Below, piece by piece: positions 1 through 12,223 of a stretch of DNA of 64,000 nucleotides. The translations under genes were made by a program, and so were the position numbers. This DNA comes from Schizosaccharomyces osmophilus (taxonomy: Eukaryota): the NCBI RefSeq assembly GCF_027921745.1, contig NC_079238.1, positions 2,232,001-2,296,000 of the forward strand, in the 5' to 3' direction. Below the pieces are notes generated by a model. It saw nothing but the letters and a program-made list of their open reading frames with translations. It was not told the DNA's origin and did not search any database. Numbering within the stretch: position 1 is the stretch's first letter; the number at the start of each line of letters is the position of its first letter.

Positions 1-2599
1 CTGGTATATTTACGTCTTCGTCCATAGCATCTTCGTTGCTGTGTTCAGTAGCTTTCGTTCTTTCAAATAAATTCTTCGTTAATAAAATAATCACGTTTGT
101 ACAGAGTTCATCAGGGTGCTTTGAAACCGCATAAATAGCGTCGATGATTTGTTCTTGAAGTCCAAACCATTCATCGGATGTGGAAGGCCTCAGCAATAAC
201 ATGCAAAGCTTTTGACAAACTACATGAGAATTTTGAAATGTAATAACAGAAGCATTAGGAGAACTCTTTGATATTCTCTTGATGGTTATACAACTATATC
301 GAGCAAGGACTAAATCGTCCAAGCCAGGAGCACCAAGTCCGATCTGTACCAAATAATCCAAACCTTGAATAATTATATCGTTGTTTCCTAGTGCAAGCAT
401 ACTCAAAACGATTATTGCACCGCGACGCTGTGTTCTCGATATGTCCTTCTTCACATAACTATAAACCTGCCATAATTTAGTAACAACCAACGCAGGGAAA
501 TAGTCTTGTTTCATTAAAATTGATAACATTTGTTCAAGCGACGTTAATTCAGCAAGACTCGAATCGTAAGTCAGAGATATTAAGTTTCTGGCCATGTAAT
601 TAGCACGATCGTTTGCATCGCTTCCAGGAGGAGGTTGAAAAAATAGACTCTTATAGCAATTTAAAACGTGATTTTGTATACTGTTTCCTTCATCAGAAGT
701 TCCTTTCACCCATATCAAATGAATCATTCGTTTGATATATTGTTTAGCAAAAGATAAATAAAAGGAACTGCAACAAACAAAGAAATCCATAGCTTCAATA
801 ACCTCGCTCTTATTCTTTGCCGATAAAAGCTGACTTATAATTTTCGCTCCTTCTTCCAGAGTATCTATAAACTTAAGTGCTTCAACGTAAAAACGCTTGG
901 TTAAATTAATTTTAACGATATCTTCGGCAGGAACAGAATCCGCGTATGCATTCAATGGGTCTTTTTCTTGGCTGCTTTCAAGATCCATAGATGCATTATC
1001 TTCCTCATCACGTATCATAGTAGCGTCTTCGAGTAAATTCTCATCAACACTACTTTCATAATCAGTGCTGGTAACGACGCGTTTTGGTTGAAGTGAACGC
1101 AACTGCTCTTCAACGAAACTGAGACCTTCTTCCCATACGCTTCTTGTAAGTATACCATTATGCATCACAGAAAATGGATGAGTGGTTAACAGCTTGGAAA
1201 AGAGTCGAATCGCGTTTCTTCGGACATGACTAGAACGATCTTGCATACAACGGATCGTAAGTTCTGCAATTTCTTGTCGCTTTTGAGGATACTTGATAGG
1301 TAACTCGAAAATCCGAACAAATACTTGAAGGATTTTTGTGCGACAATATGGACTGATGTCCAACAATCTATCTTCCAAAACTTCAAGAATACTTTGAACG
1401 TTTGAGGAAATGGACTCGGAATTATCTTCTTCTGAATCATCCTGAATAAGGTCAAGAATCACATTTCCAATCACTTCAATGATGGCGCATCTAAGTGTGT
1501 AGGATTCAGAATCTAGTAATTTTGTCAACAAGGTCAATTGCTTAAAGCATAAGTTCGGTAACAAAGAAGAGAGGTGAACCAGAAAAAGAGATACCTGTTT
1601 AGGCCCTTTTACATCGTTTTCACTGAATTCCAAAGAGCAAAGGGTATGAAGAATACCTTCAGCCAAAGGCGAAAATTCGTATCTCACTGTAGTTAGATGA
1701 ACCAAGTCGGCAAGATATTCAGCAAGATGCTCAAAATACTGAAGACTTTGTATAATTCGGGTTTCGGCAGCAGCAGTTTGGTGGTGATATTTCACTGCAA
1801 GGCTAATTAGGTCAAACATCCGTACTCTGAAGCCACTGTTTTTCATGTTTATTTCACTTTCCATCAAAGTATACACTTGTTTTAGAAAAAGAGAAATAAA
1901 CATATCCCTTTCAGAAGACGTGGTCCATACACGAGATAGCTTTTTCTGGAAAAGATTGCTGACGGAATCCAGAAAAGAATTTACGTGGATAAGACCATTC
2001 CAAGTAGAGTTCTGTTGGTGCGACACATTTTTCTTTTTATCTCTAGAACTGCTAGAGGAGGTATGTATGATACTCAGTTGGTTACTCTCAGAAAGGGATT
2101 TGATAGTAAGTTGAAAAGCTATTCCCATAGATTCTAAATTTGTCTGTGGTACAAAGAAATCTGTAGCATTCGCGACAATCAAGTCCTCAAGCACAGCTGT
2201 TTCGGATCCGATGATGCTCGTCAATAAATCATAGACTTTATTCTTCAAGTTGGAAGATAAATCACAGAAATGCCTATCTTTATTAGTAATGCGAAAACTA
2301 TAACCCATAGAAAGGTAATGTTATTCATTGGGTTTACAAGCATGTACATACAGACAAATAGCAAACAACTTTTCAACACTTTCATCGTCGAAACTAGAGC
2401 TAGTCCCTAATAATAGTGTATCGATAACGTCTAAATAAAAGCAGAGTCAGTACCAATACCAGGAAGCAGGATGCATTCTCTTACGATTAAGAGCGTTTGT
2501 CAAGCCATCGTTTTGACAGTCTGCATATAAGGTATCTAACAGAGAGTTTTCTTCATCGTGGATATATTTTTTAAGCCTAGAAAGGAGGTCTAAAGACAT
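1..2599 (-). CDS. cnd1: Condensin non-SMC HEAT subunit Cnd1 (CAP-D2/Ycs4); 3' end runs off the window. Exons 2599-2485, 2430-2352, 2273-<1
   Basis: Manual translation gives MSLDLLSRLKKYIHDEENS and, in exon 3, LDSESYTLRCAIIEVIGNV...DRLLDISPYCRTKILQVF...CMQDRSSHVRRNAIRL. GTAAG/GTATG donors with branch sites and TAG acceptors. Probably missing from the ORF track because its stop lies outside the window; I translated only parts of exon 3. Confidence 0.92.
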
Positions 2600-2845
2600 C
2601 GAGACTTCCAACAAAAGTTGATTCTCTAGGTTTTGTTTACGAATCTATGTTGGTAGCTCGATTTGGATGATATTACTGGAGACGTTCTAGATGATTATAT
2701 TTTCCAGTATTATAATCGTAAACAAGTTGATACCCACATACTGATAGTACGATTCAGTTTCGGTCTTCGTGGGGGTCAAATAGCTAAAGCCCTTCATTAT
2801 TAGGTTGTTTATTAGTAAAATGCAAGGTAATGGCTTAATAAACAA

Positions 2846-3242
2846 ACGCGTGGAACGTATATAAACAGCTGTTGAATGCAGTTCATACTGACTTCTTCTC
2901 TAACAATCATAAAGGCAAATATTAATTTATCGGAGCTTATAAATATTCTTTCATAATGCTTTCTAGTTTACTATTACTGCTATTACTGCTATTACTATTA
3001 TTACAAATGTTGGGTTTAACAAATTCCTTGGTTTTGGAACTAATTGATCCCCAAACTTAACAAATAATGTTTCAATTATACTTTGTACTGTTTTAATAGA
3101 TAGATTATATACGGAAAAGCATACCTATCTATAAAAAACGTAAAATGTTTTATTTGACGGAGTAACATTGCTACCTTTCAAAAAATTCTTCGTGTCTTGG
3201 CTTTAATATATACAAACCTTTCATAGCGCCCACTGTACGCGT
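2846..3242. promoter_or_regulatory. Two MCB (ACGCGT) hexamers in the cnd1/hsk1 divergent promoter
   Basis: ACGCGT at 2846-2851 and 3237-3242 in very AT-rich DNA; forkhead-type GTAAACA at 2718-2724 nearby. Function is inferred. Confidence 0.4.
2971..3004. repeat. Short degenerate tandem repeat of a 9-bp unit (CTATTACTG) in the cnd1/hsk1 divergent intergenic region
   Basis: ctattactg ctattactg ctattacta ttattac, read directly. Confidence 0.7.
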
Positions 3243-3444
3243 TTTTCTTTGTTTTCTTTATTTTCGTTGCATGAATTTTTTATACGATCGTTTATTGTAA
3301 AAATTAAGCTGTTTAACTTTTAATAAAAGCAACATAGAACAAGAGACTGATGCTACATCGTACAGTACGTTCTGTTCATATGTAAAACAGGATTCTATTT
3401 TTTTTTTATAATCTTCTTTTGGAAGCAAACTTGATTGTGTGACA

Positions 3445-5090
3445 ATGTCCAGCCTTGTAACCAAACGATCTGAAAATTTGGAAACTTCAAAACAAGTAGC
3501 GGACGATATTGATGAATGCGAGGCTACAGAAATTGATGAAGAAGAAAAATCAGATAAGTATGAGATGAAGGAACGTATGCATGATGTTCCTGAACAGGAT
3601 CGTGAAGAAATGGAAGACATCATCAATGTATTTGATGGACTGGAAAACCAATATAATTTAATTGAAAAGATCGGAGAGGGTAAGCAGGCCATATCTTTTT
3701 CTAGCATAGTTCTCTAAAACATACTGACAAAATATACAGGGACTTTTTCGAGCGTATACAAGGCTGAAGATATGAAGTACTATGACTATATTAATGATTG
3801 GGATATTGATTCTAAAGTTTTAGCTAAACAACAAAAACCGGAAGGTTTAATTCATGAAAGCGCCATAAGTCCTACGAAGAGAGAGCCCAAATTTGTTGCT
3901 ATAAAAAAGATATACGCTACTAGCAGCCCAATGCGTATTCTGAACGAATTGGAAATTCTGTATCTTCTGCGAGGGATTGATACAATTGCACCATTAATTA
4001 CTGCATTAAGGAACGAAGACCAGGTTTTGCTTATACTACCATATTATCAGCATACTGATTTTCGACAATTCTATAGCACTTTTTCGTACAAGGAAATGAG
4101 CGCGTACTTTCGTTGCCTGTTCGATGCTTTGGCCGCTTGTGAAGCTATGCAAATTATGCACCGGGATATCAAACCGAGTAATTTTCTTTTTAACGTCGAA
4201 CGAAAACATGGCGTTTTGGTTGATTTCGGATTGGCCGAACATCATAATTGGCCTCTTCCAAAAACCTGCCCTTGTGTATCGTATGAAACCGCAGACTTAG
4301 CTCGTGAATCGTACAAGGATTATGGACCAGCCTTGGGGTATGTTAAAAATGATACTAGACCTAGCAAACGAGCCAATCGAGCTGGAACACGAGGATTTCG
4401 AGCACCAGAGGTTCTGCTGAAATGTTCTGTTCAGACTACGAGAATTGATATTTGGTCTGCTGGTGTTATTTTACTTTCTTTTCTTACAAAACGATTTCCA
4501 ATGTTTAATTCCAAGGACGATGTTGATGCCCTTATGGAGATAGCATGTATCTTTGGAAAAAACGAAATGCGACAGGTTGCAGCACTACATGGTATGCTTT
4601 TTATTGATTTTCTAGGAAATCTTCATTAACTAACTTTTCTTGTTTAGGTTGCACATTTGAAACCAACGTTAATACCCTTACGGAAAAAAGAGTTAACTTT
4701 CGTAAATTAATATTGTGGGCTAGCTGTGGATCGGCGAGCATCTACAAGGAAAAATTAATGCATAAACCAAGTATAGAAGAAACCGTTTGTCTCGATTTCC
4801 TGGAGCGCTGTTTAGAATTGGATTGTAATAAGCGCATAACGGCAAGTGAGGCAATGGCCCATGACTTTCTGTATTTGGATGACCCGACATTCCCGTTTAG
4901 CTTTCAACGAAATGATCCTTCTTTTGACAAGCCAGTACCCGATTCACCACCTATGGAGAATGACTCCACTGAAACGACTCAACACTTCTCTCGCATCTTA
5001 AGAGATGGTGAAGACAATGATTCAAGCACACAGGATATGTCTGTCTTAAAAAGGAAACGTCCTAGTGATAGCATCGATGACAATCTGTGA
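3445..5090 (+). CDS. hsk1: Cdc7-family DDK kinase Hsk1. Exons 3445-3679, 3740-4591, 4648-5090
   Basis: Splicing gives KIGEGTFSSVYKAED; also HRDIKPSNF, LVDFGLA, RANRAGTRGFRAPEVL (Cdc7 signature). Confidence 0.96.
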
Positions 5091-5358
5091 TTGTCTTGTA
5101 GTTTATATCTAATAACCTCAATTTATGTATATTTATGTTCTATTGCATGCCTATTAGTCTTTGTTGCTTCCATTCTAATTCAAACAATAGCTTTACTTAT
5201 AGGATACTCAAATAGTACGAAAGAACTCGATTTTATAAAAATACCAAAAAAAAATTGTACACATTAAAAAATACTACACATTTAAACAAACCATCTTGTG
5301 GTAAGTCTTTAGATATTTTCGTCATAAAATATAACCAAACAACATTTATTAAATCATT

Positions 5359-5805
5359 TTAAGCAACAAGTTCAACAACACCACCAGCCTGCTTAATCTT
5401 CTCCTCGGCTCTGCGGGAGACGTAGCGAGCTTGAACAATGACAGGAGTCTCAGGAAGACGACCCTTACCCAAAACCTTGGCATAACCAGATTGGAGAGTG
5501 TTGATCACAGGGGCAACCTCGGTGTTCTTACCCAAGTACTTTTCACGAGTCTCGTTGGGGACCAAAGTCCAGAGACGGTCCAAGTTGACACTTGGGCGCC
5601 ACAAAGGGTTCCTTAAAAGGTGGTAATGGCGCATACCAACCTTACCAAAGTAACCAGGGTGGTACTTATCCAAGTGAGTACGGAGATGGTGTTGACCACC
5701 AGCAAGACCACGACCACCAGGATGCTTCCTGTGCTTTCCGATACGACCGTGACCGGCAGAAACGTGACCACGAAGCTTACGATTCTTAGCAAGATGAGTA
5801 GGCAT
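5359..5805 (-). CDS. rpl2801: 60S ribosomal protein uL15 (L28/L27a), single exon
   Basis: [25 protein letters not shown]...[14 protein letters not shown]; strong codon bias. Paralog number assigned from recalled synteny. Confidence 0.96.
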   Translation of the reverse strand: MPTHLAKNRKLRGHVSAGHGRIGKHRKHPGGRGLAGGQHHLRTHLDKYHPGYFGKVGMRHYHLLRNPLWRPSVNLDRLWTLVPNETREKYLGKNTEVAPVINTLQSGYAKVLGKGRLPETPVIVQARYVSRRAEEKIKQAGGVVELVA

Positions 5806-5880
5806 TATATTTTTCGCCTGTTAGGTGGTGGCTGAGGAGGTGTGAATTTTCGTTTTGGTGTTTAGGGGCATGTAAAAAAG

Positions 5881-5888
5881 CAGTCACG
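5881..5888. promoter_or_regulatory. Homol D box of the rpl28 promoter
   Basis: CAGTCACG about 75 bp upstream of the ATG; matches the fission yeast ribosomal-protein promoter element CAGTCAC(A/G). Confidence 0.8.
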
Positions 5889-6223
5889 ATGTTTACAAAA
5901 AGCAATCATCATCGTAAACATCATAAAACGATATTATAGAAAATGGCCTTCTGGCTTTTGCATATTATGAAGAATGAAGATTAATTTATTCAAAGGTCAA
6001 TTTACTTGTATCATGTTTATAAAACCCCAATTTCATTTCTTTTTTTTTTTTTCAAGGTTCCTTTTCGCTCATGCTCACGTTAAGTTTTGGAGTCATTCTT
6101 TGTCACTTATATTTCATCAACCAGAAATGGCTAGTATAAAGTAACTTTTACCGTCGGAATTGCATGCAACGTATCTTTTCTATATATGATAGTATTCAAG
6201 AATCGTAGTAAGCCGTTATATTA

Positions 6224-6634
6224 TTAGGATGTATCTACCATTGCCATCGTTTCAGCTTCTGTATATTTCTCGGTTTTGTTGTCGAAAGAGTAGCAATCGG
6301 GCTTATTATCGTAACATACTTCAACGCCAGTAGTTATGCCTTGAACGTTCCTGAGAATCCAAGGGTTTACAAAGACTTGTTTCATGTTGTGATAATAAAA
6401 GGTTAAACAAGTACCGCAAATCTTGCAAAATGCTCGTTTGGCTATGTCGGAAGATGAATAGTGGGATACCTTTTCCTTGGGTTCCAAATGAAAATCTTGC
6501 GCTACAAAAGCCATAAAAGGTCCTGAACACCATTTCCGGCAACTTTCGCAGTGACAGATGCTAAGTTCAGGCCTCTCTACTTGTACAGAGATTTTAACGG
6601 CTTCGCAAAGACAAGCACCATGGTATTCCGGCAT
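6224..6634 (-). CDS. GFA/CENP-V (DUF636, Mss4-like fold) zinc protein, 136 aa, intronless
   Basis: Zinc ligands GACLC, CHCESCRK and RAFCKICG; YSSS motif; C-terminal DNKPDCYSF. Confidence 0.9.
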   Translation of the reverse strand: MPEYHGACLCEAVKISVQVERPELSICHCESCRKWCSGPFMAFVAQDFHLEPKEKVSHYSSSDIAKRAFCKICGTCLTFYYHNMKQVFVNPWILRNVQGITTGVEVCYDNKPDCYSFDNKTEKYTEAETMAMVDTS

Positions 6635-7002
6635 GATGATTATTGATTGTCTGGTTTATTAAAGATAATTAAATCGATGGTAGCACAACGATCTTCTCTC
6701 GTAATATAAATAAGTACTCAGAATTTATACGTAATCAGTTGGGACTTTTGAATTACATATGCTTCTAAAGACGAATTGCCACGTAAAGCAAAAGGTTGCA
6801 AAAACAAATCAACCGAATATAAAAGAAAAAACATTAAGTCTAACCAGACCAACATTTCCGTTTATGGAGTCGTTGACTTTGGTCAACGATAACTTTGAAG
6901 GCGACATTGATATTAGTAACGCTTGGCTCTGGGCTTTTTCTAAGCTTTAGGTAGATGTAAACCATCATATTCAAATCACATGCATTTCGACTTGATGAGG
7001 TT

Positions 7003-7320
7003 TTATGCAAAGTAATAGCTTTTGTGCATTTGGCAATTCGGGTTGAATGGTCGCTTGCAATTTGGGCAACTGCTGGCTTGCTGATATTCGTTCTTTGTCA
7101 AGCTATATTTGCATGCTCCACACAAAACAGGGAACATATTTGGTGTTTCCTTCCATGGCTCAAAAGGATGAGATTCCAGAGTGTTATGGCAAGTAAAACA
7201 AGCGTAAAACTCTTTGCACGCAAGACAGCGTAATGCTACAATGTCCAGTTCACTATGATAATGCTGACAGCGAGAACAGTCATCTACCAGCAAACCACGT
7301 ATAGTTGGTGTTGCGCTCAT
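7003..7320 (-). CDS. hot13: Small CHY zinc-finger protein (Hot13-like), 105 aa, intronless
   Basis: RCQHYHSELDIVAL...FYACFTCH...VLCGAC...CPNCKRPFNPNCQMHKSYYF fits the zf-CHY/Hot13 pattern. Confidence 0.85.
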   Translation of the reverse strand: MSATPTIRGLLVDDCSRCQHYHSELDIVALRCLACKEFYACFTCHNTLESHPFEPWKETPNMFPVLCGACKYSLTKNEYQQASSCPNCKRPFNPNCQMHKSYYFA

Positions 7321-7779
7321 CCTTGATTAATTCATAAATTAGGTGAAGGAACTAAAAATTGAATCCAAAGAAAAAATAGCAGAACCGAGTGATAAAATTG
7401 AAAAATACCAGCAATATGATGAATATAAGAGGTAGCATATAAACCGCAAGGAATGTAAAGTGGGCCGCAATTGAGAAGTTCTAGTTACTCTTTGAAAGTG
7501 TTTGAGAACAACATATTGATTAATTCATAATAAATACTGCGTTTCCCCTTGGAATGGAAATCTATTTCTCTTAGAAGAAAACTTTTGAATGCTCGACCTT
7601 TTGCAACTCTCGCATAGAAACGGGTTGCACTTGTCTAGTCAAACCAAACAACTGACTTATCCTAGGTTCGCAAAATTAATTTCAATTAAATTAAAAATAA
7701 AACATTTAGCCAGCTTTAATAATCAAGTCTTTCTATATCCTGTATCTGGTGGGTAGACCACTATTTACCAAGTACCTGA

Positions 7780-9852
7780 ATGGACGCAAAAAACGAAAGA
7801 CCTGACTACCGACTGAAACGAGATGAATTACTATCATTTCGGAACCTGATATCAAAGAATATTGCACAACTGTCTTCTATTAATTATGTGAACCCACAGT
7901 TGGAGTCAGCATTACAGCAATTATCAGAAAGGAATTTTAAAAATGAAAAAGAAACTCGAGACCAATTGCCTTTTGAAGCTTTCTCAGACTTAATCTGGAC
8001 AAATGGCTCTATTTTGCATGAATTATCTAATTTAACGAACGTATGAGACACTATTCAGTTGCAAAAAAGGTATTGTAAGCTAACCTAGGCAGCACTTAGA
8101 GTCTATGAATGAATCTTTCTCGTCATTCTCAACGTCCATTGATTCTTATGACTCTCATTGGAATTCTAAATCCAAAGCCGCAATGGAATTGCATAACAAA
8201 TATCAATCCATTGAAGCTGAGAAGAAACGCGTTCATGAAAAACTTGATTGCATAGAGTATGTTGAAAACAATTTCTTAATTTCAGATGAAGATTTAATTC
8301 ATTTGACTTCCCACAACGATGTTGACGATCGCTTTTATCTAATCTTCGAGAAAGCCCAGTCCATTCATGATAACACAAACTCTCTTTTCACTCCTGTTAG
8401 TGAGTTCCTTAATTATGAATCTCTTGAGGGGATCATAAAGACTATGTCGAGGCATATTGATACTGCTTACGGTAAGCTGTACAGGTTTGTAGAACTTGAA
8501 CTCAGAAACCCTCGAGTGATTCAAACTATGGAAACCAATTCAGAAATTAAACGAGCAATAACAAAGCTTTTATCTGAACATACAACAGCCAGCAGAACGA
8601 TAAACTTGATTATTCAGGTACGGCAGCAGAATCTTCATTCGGCATATGTTACTGCTTTAACTAGAGGTGATGCACTCTCTTCCTCAAAACCAATTGAACT
8701 TTCAGCGCCAGATACTATGCGCTTTATAGGTGATCTTTTGGCTTGGATTCACCAAACTATTGTGAATGAGAAAGAGCTAATTGATTCTATATTTGCTGCT
8801 AGAAGACAACAAGTAAACAGCCACCCGGTGCCCCCTTGGGATATACCTTCTACTGTACAAGAACAAACAAATAATTTATTAGACGGTAGTTTGTACGGTA
8901 TTTGCCGTCCTTTGCTTTCGCGGGCACAAACCTCAATACTCGATTTAACTGATACCATCCGTTTATACAATTTAATCGAGCTGCTTGGATTCTATCATGA
9001 AGCATTTTCAAAAATTGTTCACGAAAACTGTATAGTTCTCAAGATACTAAAAACGTAGGTTATTTCTTTACCGTATTGTACTAACTTCTATGTTTAAGGA
9101 TTGAAGATTTTACTTATCAGAGAATGAAAACAGTCATTGACGATGAACTATACGCTATTTCGTCTTCACTTCCTAAAGTTACTGACGATTTGCTTCCGCC
9201 AGATTTTGTTACAAGCTTCCTTCGGAATTCAAATTCCATATTTAAGATTCGAAATGCGTCTCTAAGTGTAAAGGGAGTAGATGAGGAGCAATTCATTACA
9301 ATCTTCTCCGATTTATTCGAAAAAGTGCTTCAAATTTGTTTTACTATGGTTAAGGATCGGTTACATTTTCACAAATATGTAATTTACTTACTAAACATTC
9401 TAGACAGCTGTCTTACTTACCTCAGACGCTACAACTTCCTCGCCCATATACGAGAGAGCTTTGAAAACAAAGAAAATATGTATGTTGAAAAGCTGATAGA
9501 TTTGGTATATCAAACTTATCTAACTGAATCTGGTCTTTCGGATCTCATCAACTTTATAAAAAACAAGGACGATAAGGAAGAACTAAAAGCTATTTCATCA
9601 GTCTCTTGGGACGAACAGGTCTCACGATTTAATTCTTTTGTTACTATAACCATTTCAGAAATAATCGCAGATCTTCAACTTCTTGCTGCGCCATTAATAA
9701 TGGAACATGTAATGAAAAGAACAGCAGAAATGTATATTCAATCGTTCCAACAGATAACTCAAAGGGTCCAACCTATAGTTGGATACGTGTGGCCTTTATC
9801 AATCGAGGAATTGAAAATTGCCATGAACATAGATTCAGCTCTCGATTTCTAG
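7780..9852 (+). CDS. cog6: Conserved oligomeric Golgi complex subunit Cog6. Exons 7780-8040, 8093-9054, 9099-9852
   Basis: KPIELSAPDTMRFIGDLLAWIHQ is the Cog6 motif; two GT..CTAAC..AG introns join three ORFs in frame. Confidence 0.9.
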
Positions 9853-10167
9853 CTTAACAAACTAAACCACAATAAAATAGATGAACATAACTGTACACTT
9901 ATTTAGTTGTCATTGATTAACATCATTCAAAATTTTAAGAGTCAAGAGATAAAGGTCATCGTATGCGAAATGACTATTAATTTCCAACTCTTTATTCACA
10001 AATTGGCAGCTTTAACCTAAACTACGTACACCCAAATTTATGTCTTCAAATAAATCAAAAAAGGGAATGATATGATTATCATCTTTGTAAATGGAAGGTG
10101 ACAGTGTCCAAAAGACAGTATTTTTTATCATATCATAAGGATCTTCTACAAGTTAGGATTCGTAGCT

Positions 10168-11768
10168 TTATGATAAAGACTTCGGGTTGGGACCACCATA
10201 TCTAGGGTTACGTCTGGCACCATAACCACCACGATAGCCACCGCCATTGCCGCGTCCAGAATGATTGCGATAGTTGTCGCGATAATTGTTGCGGTTATTA
10301 TTGAATTCTTGGCCTCTAGCTTGATGAGCAGCGAGGGTTTGTTCAGCAGTGCCAGTTAAAGGACGAGGAACTTGGTAATTGCCATTGGGGAACACATACA
10401 AAGAAGGATCAATGCTAGATGGAATAGGTTGAATCTCAGTTCCAAGCTCATTTTCAATGCGGTACAAGTTGAAACGATCAGCCCAAGAAATAAAACTGAT
10501 AGCAAGACCACGGTGTCCAAAACGACCAGAACGGCCAATACGGTGAAGATAGGTCTCGGCATTCTTGGGAAAATCAAAATTGACAACAACATTTACAGCT
10601 TGAATATCAATACCACGGGTCAACAAATCAGAGCAAACCAAGTTTCTACAAACACCATTTCTGAAATTATGGAAAACTCGGTTGCGGTGGGATTGAAGCA
10701 TTTTAGCATGAGAGTAGAAGCAAGAATAACCCAACTCGGTTATTTTTTTAGCGAGCAACTCAACACGGTTGGTAGAGTTGCAAAAGATAATGGATTGATT
10801 AATTTGGAGCTTGGAGAACAAGGTATTAAGGCAATGTACCTTCTGGCTTTCATCGACAAACGCATAATACTGAGTAATACCTCGCAAAGTAAGTTCATCC
10901 ATCAAATTAATTTCATAAGGCTTGTTGAGATGCTTGTCCATGAAGGCTTTAACTATCAAGGGGAAGGTGGCACTGTATAAAGAAATTTGACGGTTTTTAG
11001 GGAAGTAAGATAGTAGCTGCTCAATAATAGGGGTAAATTCAGGGCTCAATAATTTGTCGGCTTCATCCATTACAAAGGTCATACATTCACTGAAGTTGGC
11101 TACTCCTTTTCCGGCTAAATCAAGTACACGGCCAGGAGTGCCAACGACAATATGGACAGGGTCGTTCAAACGTAAAATATCATCTCTGAGAGTCGTACCA
11201 CCAGTAGTAACCATAACCTTGGCATTCATATGCTTGCCCAAATTTTTGCAAACCTGAGAAGTTTGGAGAGCCAACTCACGAGTAGGAACAAGAATTAAAG
11301 TTTGAATCTTGTTTTTTTTGGTATCAGCTTTTTCCAAAGAGGGAATAACGAAGGCAGCTGTTTTACCAGTACCATTCTTGGCTCTAGCAAGAATATCACG
11401 CCCACTAAGGGCAATAGGGATGGATTCTTCTTGAATAGGGGAAGGGCGTTCGAAGCCTGCTTCGAAAATACCCATTAAAAGCTCACTATTGACAAGTTAG
11501 AAAGAGCTCGTATTTATCCGAAAGTTACTTACCGCTTTAAATAATAATCTTCAAATTCGGTACCTCTAGTTTTCGTCACATCCTAATGAAAGAATTAATA
11601 AACTGCTCCAAGAAATACCAAGTGTTCGAACAACTAATCGAACCAACACTTTCAAAAGCTTACCTCGGTCTTGGGCCTTTTGTCGATATTATTGGCCTGT
11701 AATTGAGCTTTCCAATCCTGTTCGTTTAAGGTGGTATTCTCAAATTTTTGAATTAAGTTTTCAGTCAT
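10168..11768 (-). CDS. ste13: DEAD-box RNA helicase Ste13 (Dhh1/DDX6). Exons 11768-11664, 11582-11533, 11485-10168
   Basis: [69 protein letters not shown]-rich tail. Confidence 0.97.
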
Positions 11769-12223
11769 AATGTTAAACTTTTCTTTATATCCGTCGAAAG
11801 AACGATCTAGTCAAAATATTGCCAAACACTTATTTGTTTTCGTTGGTCACAACAAGTATGTCTCGTAAAAAAAATCTTCTTGATTTCAAAATATTAACAA
11901 TTTCCGTCTTTTGCTAACAGTTTAGGCCTTGTATACTCTTATATATAACCCCTTCAGGGTATTCCAGAAAATTGAAGCCGTTGTTGGTATAGGGAAGGTT
12001 AAGACGTGTACAGTTGGAAACAAAGCCTAAACATGCCAAGTAAATTTTGCAAAAATAATAATGTTAATTTATATAAAATATTCAAAGAAATGTGTTGAAT
12101 TAATTTTATCGAGCATTCATGTATATGATTTTTATGTATTCATTTTACCCTATGTTCTGCGTCTACAAAATTACCGGTAATCGAATTTACAGACAACGAC
12201 TCAGAAATATCATTAGGGGTGTC

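Noticed and set aside
1186..2114. ORFs 1186-1455 (-) and 1845-2114 (+), which could suggest a frameshifted cnd1
   Set aside because: The true Cnd1 frame translates cleanly through 1520-1200. The first ORF is an alternate frame and the second is antisense.
10372..10980. 202-aa antisense ORF over ste13, and similar antisense ORFs over hom6, ade1, nuc1 and sec2302
   Set aside because: These are expected shadows of codon-biased conserved genes and have no recognisable motifs.
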